The notes below the pieces were generated by a model, which saw only the letters and a list, made by a program, of their open reading frames with translations, did no database searches and was not told the DNA's origin. Made by a program: the position numbers and the translations under genes. Positions 1 through 13,696 of a stretch of 64,000 nucleotides of DNA are shown piece by piece. The first letter of the stretch is position 1. Every line of letters begins with the position of its first letter. Origin of the DNA: Octopus bimaculoides (Eukaryota); NCBI RefSeq assembly GCF_001194135.2, contig NC_068997.1, forward strand, positions 6,046,147-6,110,146, in the 5' to 3' direction.

Positions 1-522
1 GAGAGTGGGTATGTATGTATGTATGTATGAATGGCTTCAATGACACACACGTGCACGCACGCAGGTTGTTTAATCGATTTTCTCGGTATATATGGGGGCT
101 AGGAAAAAATACAAACCGCATTCCAATCTATGCACCCGTCTCCACATGTGTGCCATTTTTCACGCGAATCCACCCAGCCATTTGGCTGTGAACCTCAAGA
201 CAAGAAAGAATACAACGCTCGCCCATGTCAAATTTATATTATAGAAATAGATGAGGGATGGAATTCGTGCGCTTAAAAAGCTTATGCTATTAATGAAATG
301 AAGTTAACGACATTGACTTTTATATTCATATATAACTTTTTGTTCTGTTGTGGAATTTTCATGGGTTTCGCTAGATCTCATAAATGCATAAACACGCAAA
401 CACATGAAAATGCACACGCGGATAAACATAATATACATACACACACGAACACATACGCATCTTCAAATACACAAACACGAATATGCTTGCATGTTTGCTC
501 ATGTACAAGACTTCATACTTAC

Positions 523-694
523 AGAAGAGCATGTATCATCATCAGGTTTGCATCCAATCACATTGCAACGGAAAGAGACAGCGGGAGATTTCACGAAACG
601 GAAAGCCCGAATGAGGAGTGAAATTGTCATAGGGATGGCGCCATCTTTCTTTAAGTCACCAGCAATAACGCTGAACGCATTCTTGTTGACACAA
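523..694 (-). CDS. EGF-ZP gene exon: C-terminal part of ZP-C
   Basis: Acceptor tttatttcttcatttcaccaccag and donor TCT|gtaagt; 172 nt, phase 2-0; CVNKNAFSVIAGDLKKDGAIPMTISLLIRAFRFVKSPAVSFRCNVIGCKPDDDTCSS. Confidence 0.93.
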
Positions 695-2580
695 CTGGTG
701 GTGAAATGAAGAAATAAATATGAAAATAAGATGTCGACTACATTATATTGAAACAAATGGAGAATGACATTGTGGTGTTTATAACAATTTATAATTTAGA
801 CACACTGTCTCTCTTTCTACACCAAACAGCATACATCCACATATATATTTGCAGCAGTACTTAACATTGGAAACTGTGTCAGCTCAGTAACACGATGGTC
901 ACGACATATCAGGTGATCTTAGTCTAAGGTTCAGCCAATCACTGGCGCATTTGAGTGGGTGTTAAGAATAATGGAAAATTCCATACAGTTTCGCACCAAA
1001 TCATGATTATAAATTGAGAGAGAGGAGAGCGAGCACTGGCCAAGGACAGCAGATGTTTTCGTGGTCAGCAGACAGTCATTCCAGTTTGACTTCATTTTAA
1101 AAGACCACCTCATCAAGCATGAAGACTTACGTTTTCTCTTCTCACCAAACATACATTCTCACATACTAGTTACTAGCATTCAGCATGATAGCCTTCAGCA
1201 AGTAACCTTTGTAATGTCAATATGAAAATAAATATGGTTCATTAAACTGGATCTTTTAGTTGGCTTTCTGTGCAAAATGGCACGCAACCTGAACAAATAC
1301 TCAACTCTCAGCAAACCAAGCCACACATTTGTTTTATGATTATTTCATCGCTCTTTCAATAGACACGCTGAGGGCTAAAGCTTTGCCAATGAAATAATGA
1401 AAATATCAAAACAGGTCCGGAGTTGTCTCTTCGTATTTGTTAAAATAATTAAAATTAGTTGTTGATAAAAGAAAAAGATAAAATAGTATGGAATTGTTAC
1501 AAACCTGTTCTCGATAAGTTTTATACTGCTATGTCCACCTCCAGCTTCAAAAGCTTCGCAGTCACTTACGTGGAAGTCGTTGAATACTGCACGAAAAAAA
1601 AACAGTATTGTTTTTATAATATAATAATAAAGATACACATAAATAGAAGATATGTGCACACGCGCGCGTGTAATGGTTACTAAATTTTGGCACAAGGCCA
1701 GCAATTTAAGGGAAGTGGGATAATCGATTACATAGATTCCAGAGCTTACTGGTATTTATTTTATCAACCATAAAAGGCAAAGTCAATCTAGGTGGAATTT
1801 GAACGTAAAAATTCGGAAGAAATACTGAGCGCTTTGCTCGACGCTCCATCGATTCTGCAAGCTATCACCCTTATACATATGAGATACGTCTGTAAATATG
1901 ATAAAGATATGGTCATATAATCTAATTATAAATATACGTTTTTATGTCCAAAAACGAGAAGTATACTAAACACGTTTTAATTTAACCGCTCATTCGAAGC
2001 TGAAAGTTCACACATATACGTGTGCGCGCGTACACAAGGGACATACACACATGGGAATGTTATAGACAGTCTGAAACATTAGAGAAAACAATGCAAAAAT
2101 GATGAGACTAATAAAAACGATCGATTTCATTACAGCTAACATTTAATATCCCCTGGTGAGGATCAGATGAAACGATGAAACTGCCAGTTGTAATATAATC
2201 GTCATTTGAATAAAATTTTATGTATGTATGCATGTATGTATGTATGTATGTATGTATGTATGTATGTATATATGGCTCAGTGGTTAGAGCGCCGAGCTTA
2301 CGACCGTGAGGTTGTGAGTTCTAATATCGGACCGGGCTGCGTGTTGTGTTCTAAAGCAAGACACTTTATTTCACGTTGCTCCAGTTCACTCAGCTGTAGA
2401 AATGAGTTGCGACGTCACTGATGCCAAGCTGTATCGGTCTTTGCCTTTCCCTTGGATAACACTGGTGGCGTGGAGAGGGGAGGCTGCTGGTCTTCCATAA
2501 ACAACCTTGCCCGGACTTGTGCCTCGGAGGGTAACTTTCTAGGTGCAATCTCATGGTCATTCGTGACCGAAGGGGGTCTC

Positions 2581-2632
<52 letters not shown>

Positions 2633-4718
2633 TGTACGACATCTTCATCTACCAAATCCACTCACAAGAGTTTCGGTCGCCCCGAAGCTATGGTAGAAGA
2701 TACATGCCCAAAGTGCCATGTAGTGGGACTGAACCCGAAACCATGTGGCTAGGAAGCAAGCTTCTTACCATACAGCCACGTCTGCGGCTATATTATATGA
2801 AAATATGACAGTCTACACCGCGTTTCGGTCTTGGCTGGGCCATGCACAACTGTCGTGACTGGTCTAGCTTGGGATAAAACAAAGAATAGATTGTCATATT
2901 TTCATAATATATGTGTGTATGTATGTATGTATGTATGTATGTATGTATGTATGTACGTGTGTATGTATGTGTGTATGTATGTATAAAGAAACGACGAAAA
3001 TAAAATAAACTGCCGAGATGTCAATAAAATAAACAAATAGATGACTAGCTAAATGAAAGAGAGACGCCATAATTACCTTCATTATCCCACAAAATAAAAG
3101 TCAGTTGAACCTTATCTCCTACAAACACTGCTTTCTTCAGCGGATCACCATTAGTATCCTTAATCTCAAATCCAATTGGATTGTAAATATTCTTGGTATC
3201 AGTTTTGGTCAAATTTGAACTAGAATTAATGGAATGGCAAAATTTTAATTAACGTTTGGACTTAGCAATGGCTGAATATAGTCAAACACACACACACACA
3301 CAAACACTCGTAAATTTACGTGAACTAAAGCAGTTCAATTTTAGTTCAATCAAAGCTACATATATTATCACTGGGAGTACACATGGACGCAACAGCAGTA
3401 CATACATACATACATACATACATACATGTATACACACTCACACACACATATATATATATATGTATATATGTATTTATCTGAATTAACTATTGCTTAACCA
3501 TTGTCTCACTCCGTCTCAGATGAAGGGATATAATAAATATCCTAGAAACAGCTGTAAGACCTTCTCTTTATAAATGTTCTAAAATCTTCACAGCCTTGTT
3601 TTTTTTTTTTTCATTCTGAAAAAAATTCTTATATATATATATATNNNNNNNNNNNNNNNNNNNNNNNNNNNNNNNNNNNNNNNNNNNNNNNNNNNNNNNN
3701 NNNNNNNNNNNNNNNNNNNNNNNNNNNNNNNNNNNNNNNNNNNNNNNNNNNNNNNNNNNNNNNNNNNNNNNNNNNNNNNNNNNNNNNNNNNNNNNNNNNN
3801 NNNNNNNNNNNNNNNNNNNNNNNNNNNNNNNNNNNNNNNNNNNNNNNNNNNNNNNNNNNNNNNNNNNNNNNNNNNNNNNNNNNNNNNNNNNNNNNNNNNN
3901 NNNNNNNNNNNNNNNNNNNNNNNNNNNNNNNNNNNNNNNNNNNNNNNNNNNNNNNNNNNNNNNNNNNNNNNNNNNNNNNNNNNNNNNNNNNNNNNNNNNN
4001 NNNNNNNNNNNNNNNNNNNNNNNNNNNNNNNNNNNNNNNNNNNNNNNNNNNNNNNNNNNNNNNNNNNNNNNNNNNNNNNNNNNNNNNNNNNNNNNNNNNN
4101 NNNNNNNNNNNNNNNNNNNNNNNNNNNNNNNNNNNNNNNNNNNNNNNNNNNNNNNNNNNNNNNNNNNNNNNNNNNNNNNNNNNNNNNNNNNNNNNNNNNN
4201 NNNNNNNNNNNNNNNNCTCTATTACTTTTGTTTATCACTTTTGAAATGCATAGAAATTTTACAGCTTTTCACATATATGACAATGGAGTGCCATCTTTTT
4301 CAATCAAGGTTCCATAGGTGCCAATGTTTCCAAAGCCTCTCGAGACATTTATACGGTTACTGAAAGAACTGCACGGAAATTTGTCCTCGAACGGGGACAA
4401 ATTCGGCCTTATAAGTGAATCGATTTTACGAACTCATCTACGAAGATCCGCACCAGTCTACTTGGGAAATGGACCAGTAGATGGAATGTTTTTTGTTTAA
4501 CAAGAATGTGGAGCTGAAAGCGTGGCTCGATGAATTCTTGTCACGACACGTTAATTTCTTCTGTCAAGACATTGACAAGCAAGTGGGACGTTGGTAAGAA
4601 GTCTTGAACAACAAAGAATATATTATCGACTGAATTGTTAAAATTGTTGACGAAAGATGAGGATTAAAATAAATGAAAAAAAAAAACAATAACAAACAAA
4701 TCTATCTTACAATCCAAT

Positions 4719-4749
<31 letters not shown>

Positions 4750-6424
4750 TGCGCATGTGCGTTTATGTGTGTGTTTAGGCTGCAGGATACTTTTGTTTGG
4801 AAGTCTATTGATTCTGACAATCCACCAATTCCATATCAGTAATAAAGAATATATTTGACCCTACAAGGACAATTACTCTTTTATGTTCAGCTAATGAAAG
4901 TTAAATTCTCAAAGTTAAAAAAAAACAAAAAAAAAACACACTTTTGAGAACTTTGGCACCTCTTAAATCCAACCGACCCATTTATACACAATGAACTTCT
5001 AATATTTCTTTTGATGCCAGAATTGATTTTTTGTTTAAAAACGTCTTTCAATACAGATTGTATATTTGAATAAACTTTGGTTGTCTAAAAGCTTAATCAT
5101 TAGCTTTGTCTAATTATCACATATTTGATATCATTTCATGTCAACTCACTCTTCGACAACATTGGAAGTCATAGACATAGGGTCAATAACCATCTTGAGG
5201 TTATGTTGGCAACTGACTGTGTGCAACTCATCGAAACTGTTCATGATGTCTTGGTTGTACAGCACCACGATTTCCCGCTTAAACGACACATCACCGATCT
5301 GTAAAAGGAATAAAGTGGACGCAAGTTTAAAAATGATATCATTTATATCGGTAAATATTTTTTTTTTATTCAGACATAAAAAGGGCCACACAAGCAGAGG
5401 GAGAAGAAAGAGAATGAGGTTGTGTGATGTTTATGGCCGTTTTTCTGCCTGATGCGTCGCTGTTGCCGCGCGCCCTGCAATGGTCTAATAATGAGAGAGT
5501 AATCCAACGGTGAAATCTGTATGTTAAAAATAGTTGCCAAATCTCTCTCATATCATATCATATCTCATCGTATTAAAAGGGAAGAGCACACTTGATAAAC
5601 TATATTCGAACAAAAATAAATAAATAAATAAATTAATTAATTAATTAAAAAGGAAGAAAACGGCATGGTCACAATTAGAATACTTTTGGTGAAAGATCTG
5701 CCTACCAGGTGTGACCTGGGGCTAAACAACAACAACAACAATAATAACAAAAATAACAAAATGACGAGGACGACGAACGAACCTCTTCATTCGAGTTGCT
5801 AGAAAAAGCAACCAAATTTCTCTCAAAATAAAGCTCACATTAAAAAGGGACGAGGTATTCAATGCCTGAGAGAGAAACGAGATGAATATAGCTGGTAAAC
5901 CTGATTATAGGTGTGCTCAGGAATGGATAACTTTAGCTAGATAATAACAACAGCAACATTCATCTCCGTCAATAGCAAATTAAGAGTTAATTATTAATAT
6001 TTAAATGTAAATGGGTTTATCAATATCGTATCAAAACTATATCACTATTAATAAACTATCAGTATCAATAGCTGATATTATATTGACAACAAGAAGGATG
6101 TGGTTATTTTCTGCAGTACGTTAGTGACCTTACTTACCTTTGGAATATCGCTGAAAACAGTTTGACCTTCAATCCCGGCTCCACATCCAGAAAAGTAATC
6201 CAAATTAAGTTCCCACACGTCTCCCATATTGTTGAAAGAACAGTTCGGATTATCTTCGAAATCTTTCACGAATATTTTCCCGGTGAATTGTCCGAAAGGA
6301 GCGATTTTTATAGACATCTGTGTGCTTTGGCAGTCGACGGCAACTGGGGAAAATAAAACAAAACGACGGCAAATCCTTGAGAAAATCCTATACAATTTTA
6401 TTAGGTGTTCATTTTAGAAACGGG

Positions 6425-6507
<83 letters not shown>

Positions 6508-8635
6508 TAAAAATACATATACTATGAGGAAAAGATAACAGAAATATTTATTGACGTTGAAGAAGCAAGAATTCTATAGAAATGAAGAAGTAAATTTACT
6601 CACCTCGTGAACTTTCGCATCGGTCACCATAAAAACTCGGACTACAATAACAATAAAATGTTTCATTGGCTGTCACACATGTGCCTCCATTTTGACACTT
6701 CAAACCTCCACAGTTGGGACTTGGAGAAATGCTGGCTGTAGCATGAAAAAAATTACAAAAAAAAAAAGAAGAAAATTTAGAATTTAAAAAATAGGATAAA
6801 AGTCGACGTGTCTATTGTAAAGACTCAGGTGTTGCTGGTAATATGGCGGGTAACGGTGGAAATGTATATTTTTGTTATATCGGGTTGTTATATGTTTTGT
6901 TATATAAATACGGTATTTATAGTATTATTTTTCTCTCCCCAAATTTTATGGTCAATGAATACTAATGAAATTAATATAATTTTCAAAATAAAAATTATTT
7001 AAATTAAAATACAATTAAAGCGGAATTTCCTATTTCGTATATTTAAAATAAACATATTTTATTAGTAACTGTGATATTAGTTAGTTATCGATAATTAGCT
7101 ATATGACATCACCCAATATTATCCGCAATGGCAAAAGTATATAAACCTGAACATTGTCATACGTGAGTAACACTAGTTTAGGATAACTTAACCAAGGGAG
7201 ATAAATACGATAATATCAGAATTATCTTCTTTTGTGGGACGTATAAACAAAAAGAGAGGAGAGACAAACTGCCAATGATTATAATATATTACTGGAAGGG
7301 GTGGGGGTGCAAAGAAATAGGAAGATGAAAGGTCATGCATTTGTTTTAGTTGTTCCACCATCATCATTATCAAAACCCATGAAAAACAACGGCAACGAAA
7401 AACAACAATGACAACACAAAGACACAGTAGCAGTCAAAGAAAGAAAAAGACAAACCACACACATGCTGGTTATAATGAAGAAAGAGAAGGAGGAGAAGGA
7501 GGAGGAGGGAGAGGAGGAGAAAGAGGAGGAGAAAGAGGAGGAGAAAGAGGAGAAAAAATGAAGTAGAAAGGGCAAAAGAAAGAGGAGGAGTAGGAGGACA
7601 ATGGTGGTGACGATAATGATGATGATGATGAAAAGAAGAAGAAGAAGAAGAAGAAGAAGAAGAAGAAGAAGAAGAAGAAGAAGGAGAAGAAGAAGAAGAA
7701 GAAGAAGGAGAAGAAGAAGAAGAAGAAGAAGAAGAAGAAGAAGAAGAGCAACAATAATAATAACAATAACAGAGTGAAGAAACATTGAGAATTGAGTCGA
7801 AGAGGGTGAACTTTAAAGAAGTGTCAGCGTGTTGATATTACTAGACGTAGCGTTGCGCATGTGTATGTGTGTATGTGAATCTGTGTATGTGTATAACTGT
7901 GTCTGTGTGTGTGCTATTGTATGTATGCGACTCTCTCTCTCCCCTGTCTCTCTTCTCCCCTCACTCCCTCTCTCTTCCCCCCTCTCTCTCTCTCTATATA
8001 TATATGACACACCACACCACACCATCACTCCACACCACACCATCACTCCACAACACAACACACAACACACCTCACTACACCACCACACTACATCGCACCA
8101 CCCTGCACACACTAGCATTGACCACTTCCCAGCANNNNNNNNNNNNNNNNNNNNNNNNNNNNNNNNNNNNNNNNNNNNNNNNNNNNNNNNNNNNNNNNNN
8201 NNNNNNNNNNNNNNNNNNNNNNNNNNNNNNNNNNNNNNNNNNNNNNNNNNNNNNNNNNNNNNNNNNNNNNNNNNNNNNNNNNNNNNNNNNNNNNNNNNNN
8301 NNNNNNNNNNNNNNNNNNNNNNNNNNNNNNNNNNNNNNNNNNNNNNNNNNNNNNNNNNNNNNNNNNNNNNNNNNNNNNNNNNNNNNNNNNNNNNNNNNNN
8401 NNNNNNNNNNNNNNNNNNNNNNNNNNNNNNNNNNNNNNNNNNNNNNNNNNNNNNNNNNNNNNNNNNNNNNNNNNNNNNNNNNNNNNNNNNNNNNNNNNNN
8501 NNNNNNNNNNNNNNNNNNNNNNNNNNNNNNNNNNNNNNNNNNNNNNNNNNNNNNNNNNNNNNNNNNNNNNNNNNNNNNNNNNNNNNNNNNNNNNNNNNNN
8601 NNNNNNNNNNNNNNNNNNNNNNNNNNNNNNNNNNN

Positions 8636-8666
<31 letters not shown>

Positions 8667-9029
8667 CGGGTTTGCTACCGTTACAGAGAGAGGTGTCGTA
8701 AGCATCCTGACAGTGGATAGATGGTCTCTCTGCACCGTTGCATGCATTACTTGGCTGGTAGAAAGGCAGATAAACACAGGTTAGCTGAATTAATATATTT
8801 ACATGGAATACAATACGCAGACTACGAAATAAAGAATACAAAATAAACAGAAGGAGTTATGTAATAGTCTTATCGTGACGGCTGTTTCGGTAAACCATTA
8901 CTTAAATCGTAACCATGTTCATTAGCGACCATAATATCGTAGGTGTACGGAATAACACGAGTTCTTTTAGATTCATCAGGCAAGGTCATCCTCATCGGAA
9001 GAATATCGCCACATACATACATACATACA

Positions 9030-9063
<34 letters not shown>

Positions 9064-9795
9064 CATACACACACATACATACATACGTGTGTGTGTTTGT
9101 GTATATGTGTTTGCTTGTGTGTGTGTATATATGTGTATATATGTGTTTGTGTGTGCGTGTGTATGTATACATATCAGGTTACTCTTAGTGATATTGGTAA
9201 CATGTGACCTAGTACAACGTATCGCAACTAAATACTACCAAGCCTGCTTGGTATGTTAGGGTGATTTTCGCCGGTCACTCTACGAGAGGAAAATCAAAAT
9301 CTTCAGCAGGCAGATGAACTCAGTCGAGTCAACGTCCATCTAACAGCTGGGTGTGAGAGAGATCCCTCGGTCTTCGTTTAGACATTCCTTTAAGAGAAGT
9401 AAAACTCTGATGTAAGACCTTCGACTTCGTTTGCATCTAGTGATGTAGACTAGTTCTTCATTTTGGTTAAATTCATACGTTGTTCAGAGAGGGGAAATAG
9501 CCCAGCGCTAAGCATTTCGTCACTTCAAGAAGCTTCAGGCGCAGGTATTGTTTAGTTTTTAACATCTCTATTGGCATCTCTATTATGTATTGCATAATAC
9601 GGCGTGCTGTATTGAGAAAGACAAAATACTCAATGAAAAATTCCATAATGGAATGACGTCATGCATCAGCGTTGGTGGTAACCCTTTGAACACCTATTGC
9701 TAGTTATTAGAATATATGTCCCTAAGACTAAAAAACCTGCTCATACTTAAAAGAACAATCAAACGATGGCATTATGCAAAATCGAGTCGCAGCCA

Positions 9796-9830
<35 letters not shown>

Positions 9831-10000
9831 CGCGTGTGTGTAGTCAAGGCCGAGAGTTCGCAAGCGGTAAGAATAAAACAAGAGTCATGTTTCTAAAGTT
9901 ATTTTTAAGTTTCTAACTTCCCTTAGATCAAACTTAAAACTGTAATAATCGCGTATGTGTTAGCATGTGTGTGTGTGTGTGTGTTGACATGTGTGTGTGT

Positions 10001-10032
<32 letters not shown>

Positions 10033-10781
10033 ATTTATGTGAGTGTGTATACACACACTTATGAGGGTGAGTAATTAATTATTCGCAATGCATTAATTTG
10101 GACAACTAATGATTTATCGTCGTATATGTATACCTCTGTGTTTGTGTGTGTTTGTGTTTGCGCTTACAAGGATCCGCCAGTCATATATTTAGATTCCTTG
10201 AAGCATTTTTATTCAGAATTAATCTTGTCGATCATAAAATAATGAGAAACTATATACTCCTGTGAGTTGGCTATTTGCAGCGAGCTGCCAGACTCATTGG
10301 AACACGAGACAAAATGTCTCGCACTATGTGTTCTGGCTCTTTACATCTCACGTCAAAATCGTAGTTGATAAAATAGTGTACCGGTCAGGTACTGGTATTG
10401 TTGGGATTGACAAACCTTCATCCTCAAATTTGCTGGCATTGTACCTATGTCATAAATCATCAAAGGCGGCTAGCTGGCAAATTCGTTATCGTTCTGGACA
10501 AAATGCTTAGTTCTGAGTTCAAATTCCACCGAAGTCGACTTTGCCTTTCATCCTTTCGGGGTCGAAGAAATAAGGACCTGTTGAACACTGGGTTTGATGT
10601 AATCAACTAGCCCCCCCCCCGCCCCCAGCAACATTCCAGGTCTTATGTCTATAGTAGAAAGGATTATTATCATTATTATTTCTTAGCAATATTTTTACGT
10701 TCTGAGCACAAACCCCGCGGAGGTCAACTTTGTCTTTCAGTAAGTTACTAAAATTGGTGGCATTGGGCCAAAATTTGAAAC

Positions 10782-10815
<34 letters not shown>

Positions 10816-11192
10816 GAGGGTGGAGAGGGAAGTGTTGTCTTCTAGCAAGTTTGTTGAAAGATAGGCGAATGCTGGAAGAATGGCCAGTGTGAAAGGACCA
10901 ATTCTGAGCGTGCACCTGTAAAAAGGGAATTAAAGGAAAAGGGCTCTTGCCCTGTTGTTCAGGCACCAGTGGCTTTTATGGGTTTTTCTACGAGGACCTT
11001 AACACGCCTCCCCTATTGGGAGTTTAATTTGTTTAATTTTTAACTGTTACTTATATTGTGTACACACAAAAACCCATTGTATCGTCCTGTTTTTGTCTAT
11101 TATGTTGTATGTCGTTTAATGTTTTGTATGTGAGCCCTTGGGGCTAATAAAAGAATAAATTATTATTATTATTATCATCATCATCATCATCA

Positions 11193-11253
<61 letters not shown>

Positions 11254-11863
11254 GTTGTTTTTTTTCTTCTTTCTTCAAATTTTCTTCCACTTCTCGCCGA
11301 GTGTTATCCGTACACCTAAGTCAGAGAAACTCATTGTATGCACTCCCAGTTTACACACGCAAATTCACAGGTAAAATATGTATTGTTTTCTCAGTACATG
11401 AGTCATTCCAGTTAACACGAATTTTTGCACTTCATGTAGGTATGGTAAGCCTGGTATCATTTTCAAATAGGTTTCAGTACCTTTATTATTATTATTATTA
11501 TTTACTGAAAGGACGCATGGCCTAGTGGTTAGGGTGTTGCACTCCCGATCGCGAGATTGTGGTGCGCTGTGCTCTTGAGCGAAACACTTCATCTCACGTT
11601 TCTCTACGATCACTTCGACACCTGACACGTGGTACACAGCGCACTTGTTCAGGCAACGTCATTTAATAGAGGGAGTGAGCTAAGGTACTTCACATACATT
11701 TGTTCACTTATAAACAAATCATTTGGGCAGGTCGTTCGGCTAAAGCTAAATACATCTTCGACGGCAGAGTCTATCATTTGCTGTAAATAGTGAAAGGCTG
11801 ATATCCAATAATTTATCTTTTTTGCTAGTATTTCTTCTATTATCCATATGCAGGCATCACTAT

Positions 11864-11949
<86 letters not shown>

Positions 11950-12175
11950 CGTCCGTCTGTCTGTCTGTATCCACACATATACTCGCACATAGTTCTGTTT
12001 TAATTCCTTTATGTTATAATATTACCCTAGGAGTAGGGTGTCGAATTGGTAGAATAACTAGTGTGGATCTTAAAATGTCTTTTGAGGCCTCCGTTAAATT
12101 TGCAAACCTTCTGGCATACACTGTATTCAAAGGTGTGCAGAGACATGTAGGCAGAATAGTTGGTGGAGGTTCGTT

Positions 12176-12212
<37 letters not shown>

Positions 12213-13443
12213 GAGAGAGAGNNNNNNNNNNGGGGGGAGAAATGAGAGAGAGCTAGAGACAGAAGAGGAAAGACGGAGAGTGAGAGAATGAAGACAGAGA
12301 GCATGAGAGAGAGAAAAGAGAGAAGGAGAATGAGAAAAGAAATAGCACATCGGTGGGCGAAAGGTTGTGGGTGATTTCACAAGCAGTCAGTCTTTGATTG
12401 TCGTGTATGAGGTTTGTGTACAGCAGCAGAACTGTTCTAAATATGGCAGCATTATAATATTCTTTTCTACTCTAGGCACAAGGCCCGAAATTTTGGGGGA
12501 GGAGGCCAGTCGATTAGATCGACCCCAGTACGCAACTGGTGCTTAATTTATCGATCCCGAAAGGATGAAAGGCAAAGTCGACTTCGGCGTAATTTGAACT
12601 CAGAACATAAAGACAGACCAAATACCACTAAGCATTTCGCCCAGCGTGCTAAGGTTTCTGCCATTGCTGTCTTGGCAGCATTATAATATTGTAAATCTCG
12701 CATATCTCTTGAAGAAAGTTAGCAATTCTTAGAAGTTGAAATGTTTTCTGTCTCCAAAGAGGAAGTTGTTTTATTAACCTGGCACTGAGGAGTTACACTC
12801 AAAACAGACCTTAACTGGGGTTAAAACTCATGATATAGATGGACGTTATTATTTATAGCAGGGCACTTATTGAGTCTAATATTTTAAGACACTGTGTTCG
12901 ACATACATACGTCATACATGCATGATGGTTGTCAACAAGTAAACGAGTATGATGGTCACTGACAAAGCGATGCCTGTGCGAAAGTTTTGGTTCAACAAAG
13001 CTTGCACGTCACCTCATAGCCCCTCTCCACCTTATCAACATGCTCCAGAGACAGGCCAAGGCAAGATATCCAACGCCAATATAAGCTCAGAAATGTGGGA
13101 GCACTGTTATCTCAAGCGCAAGTAAAATATCCTCAAGATGTCCAATGTCATTCCCTGCGTATCCTGTTATATATCAAAGTTGCCTTCTCCTAGAGACATG
13201 CTTTAGCAAATGCTGAGGGATGTATCGCCCTCAATGGTCTTCCAGCACGCCGGACTCCAACCCAGAATTTCTGAGAATCCATGCTTCTGCTAGATAGACG
13301 TTGAACATATAGTCTGGGTTCATCCGTCCTTTGGCAGGTCTTGTTTTTAGTCTTGCTGGGTTTCAAGTAACCCTCCTCACAAAGCTAGTCTGGTGGGTGT
13401 TCCAGTTTAGTCGCCAACGACCATCTATCTATCTATCTATCTG

Positions 13444-13492
<49 letters not shown>

Positions 13493-13643
13493 GCCTGTTT
13501 ATAGATAGTTATATATGTGTGTATGTGTGCGTGTGTGCGTATATNNNNNNNNNNNNNNNNNNNNNNNNNNNNNNNNNNNNNNNNNNNNNNNNNNNNNNNN
13601 NNNNNNNNNNNNNNNNNNNNNNATATATACATGTGTGTGCGTG

Positions 13644-13696
<53 letters not shown>

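Noticed and set aside
61-300. Possible next ZP exon (furin site or TM) downstream of 523
   Set aside because: No frame with a matching phase-0 acceptor, final Cys or basic cleavage motif was found. The remaining exons probably lie left of the window.
499-756. ORF-track protein starting MFQYNVVDILF as a single-exon gene
   Set aside because: Only 523-694 is exon. The upstream part is the intron's pyrimidine tract and the last residues read through the gtaagt donor.
2272-2345. tRNA gene (also 11510, 29740-29802, 35865)
   Set aside because: A/B boxes are present but no closed cloverleaf, and each continues into a multi-copy SINE body.
10281-10440. Unique-looking island with possible exons on either strand
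   Set aside because: Open frames exist on both strands, but splice sites are weak, phases do not fit the gene model and there is no recognisable domain.
12030-12180. C2H2 zinc-finger host gene (an expanded family in octopus)
   Set aside because: A single broken finger with no TGEKP linker or array; it fits a LINE ORF2 tail better.
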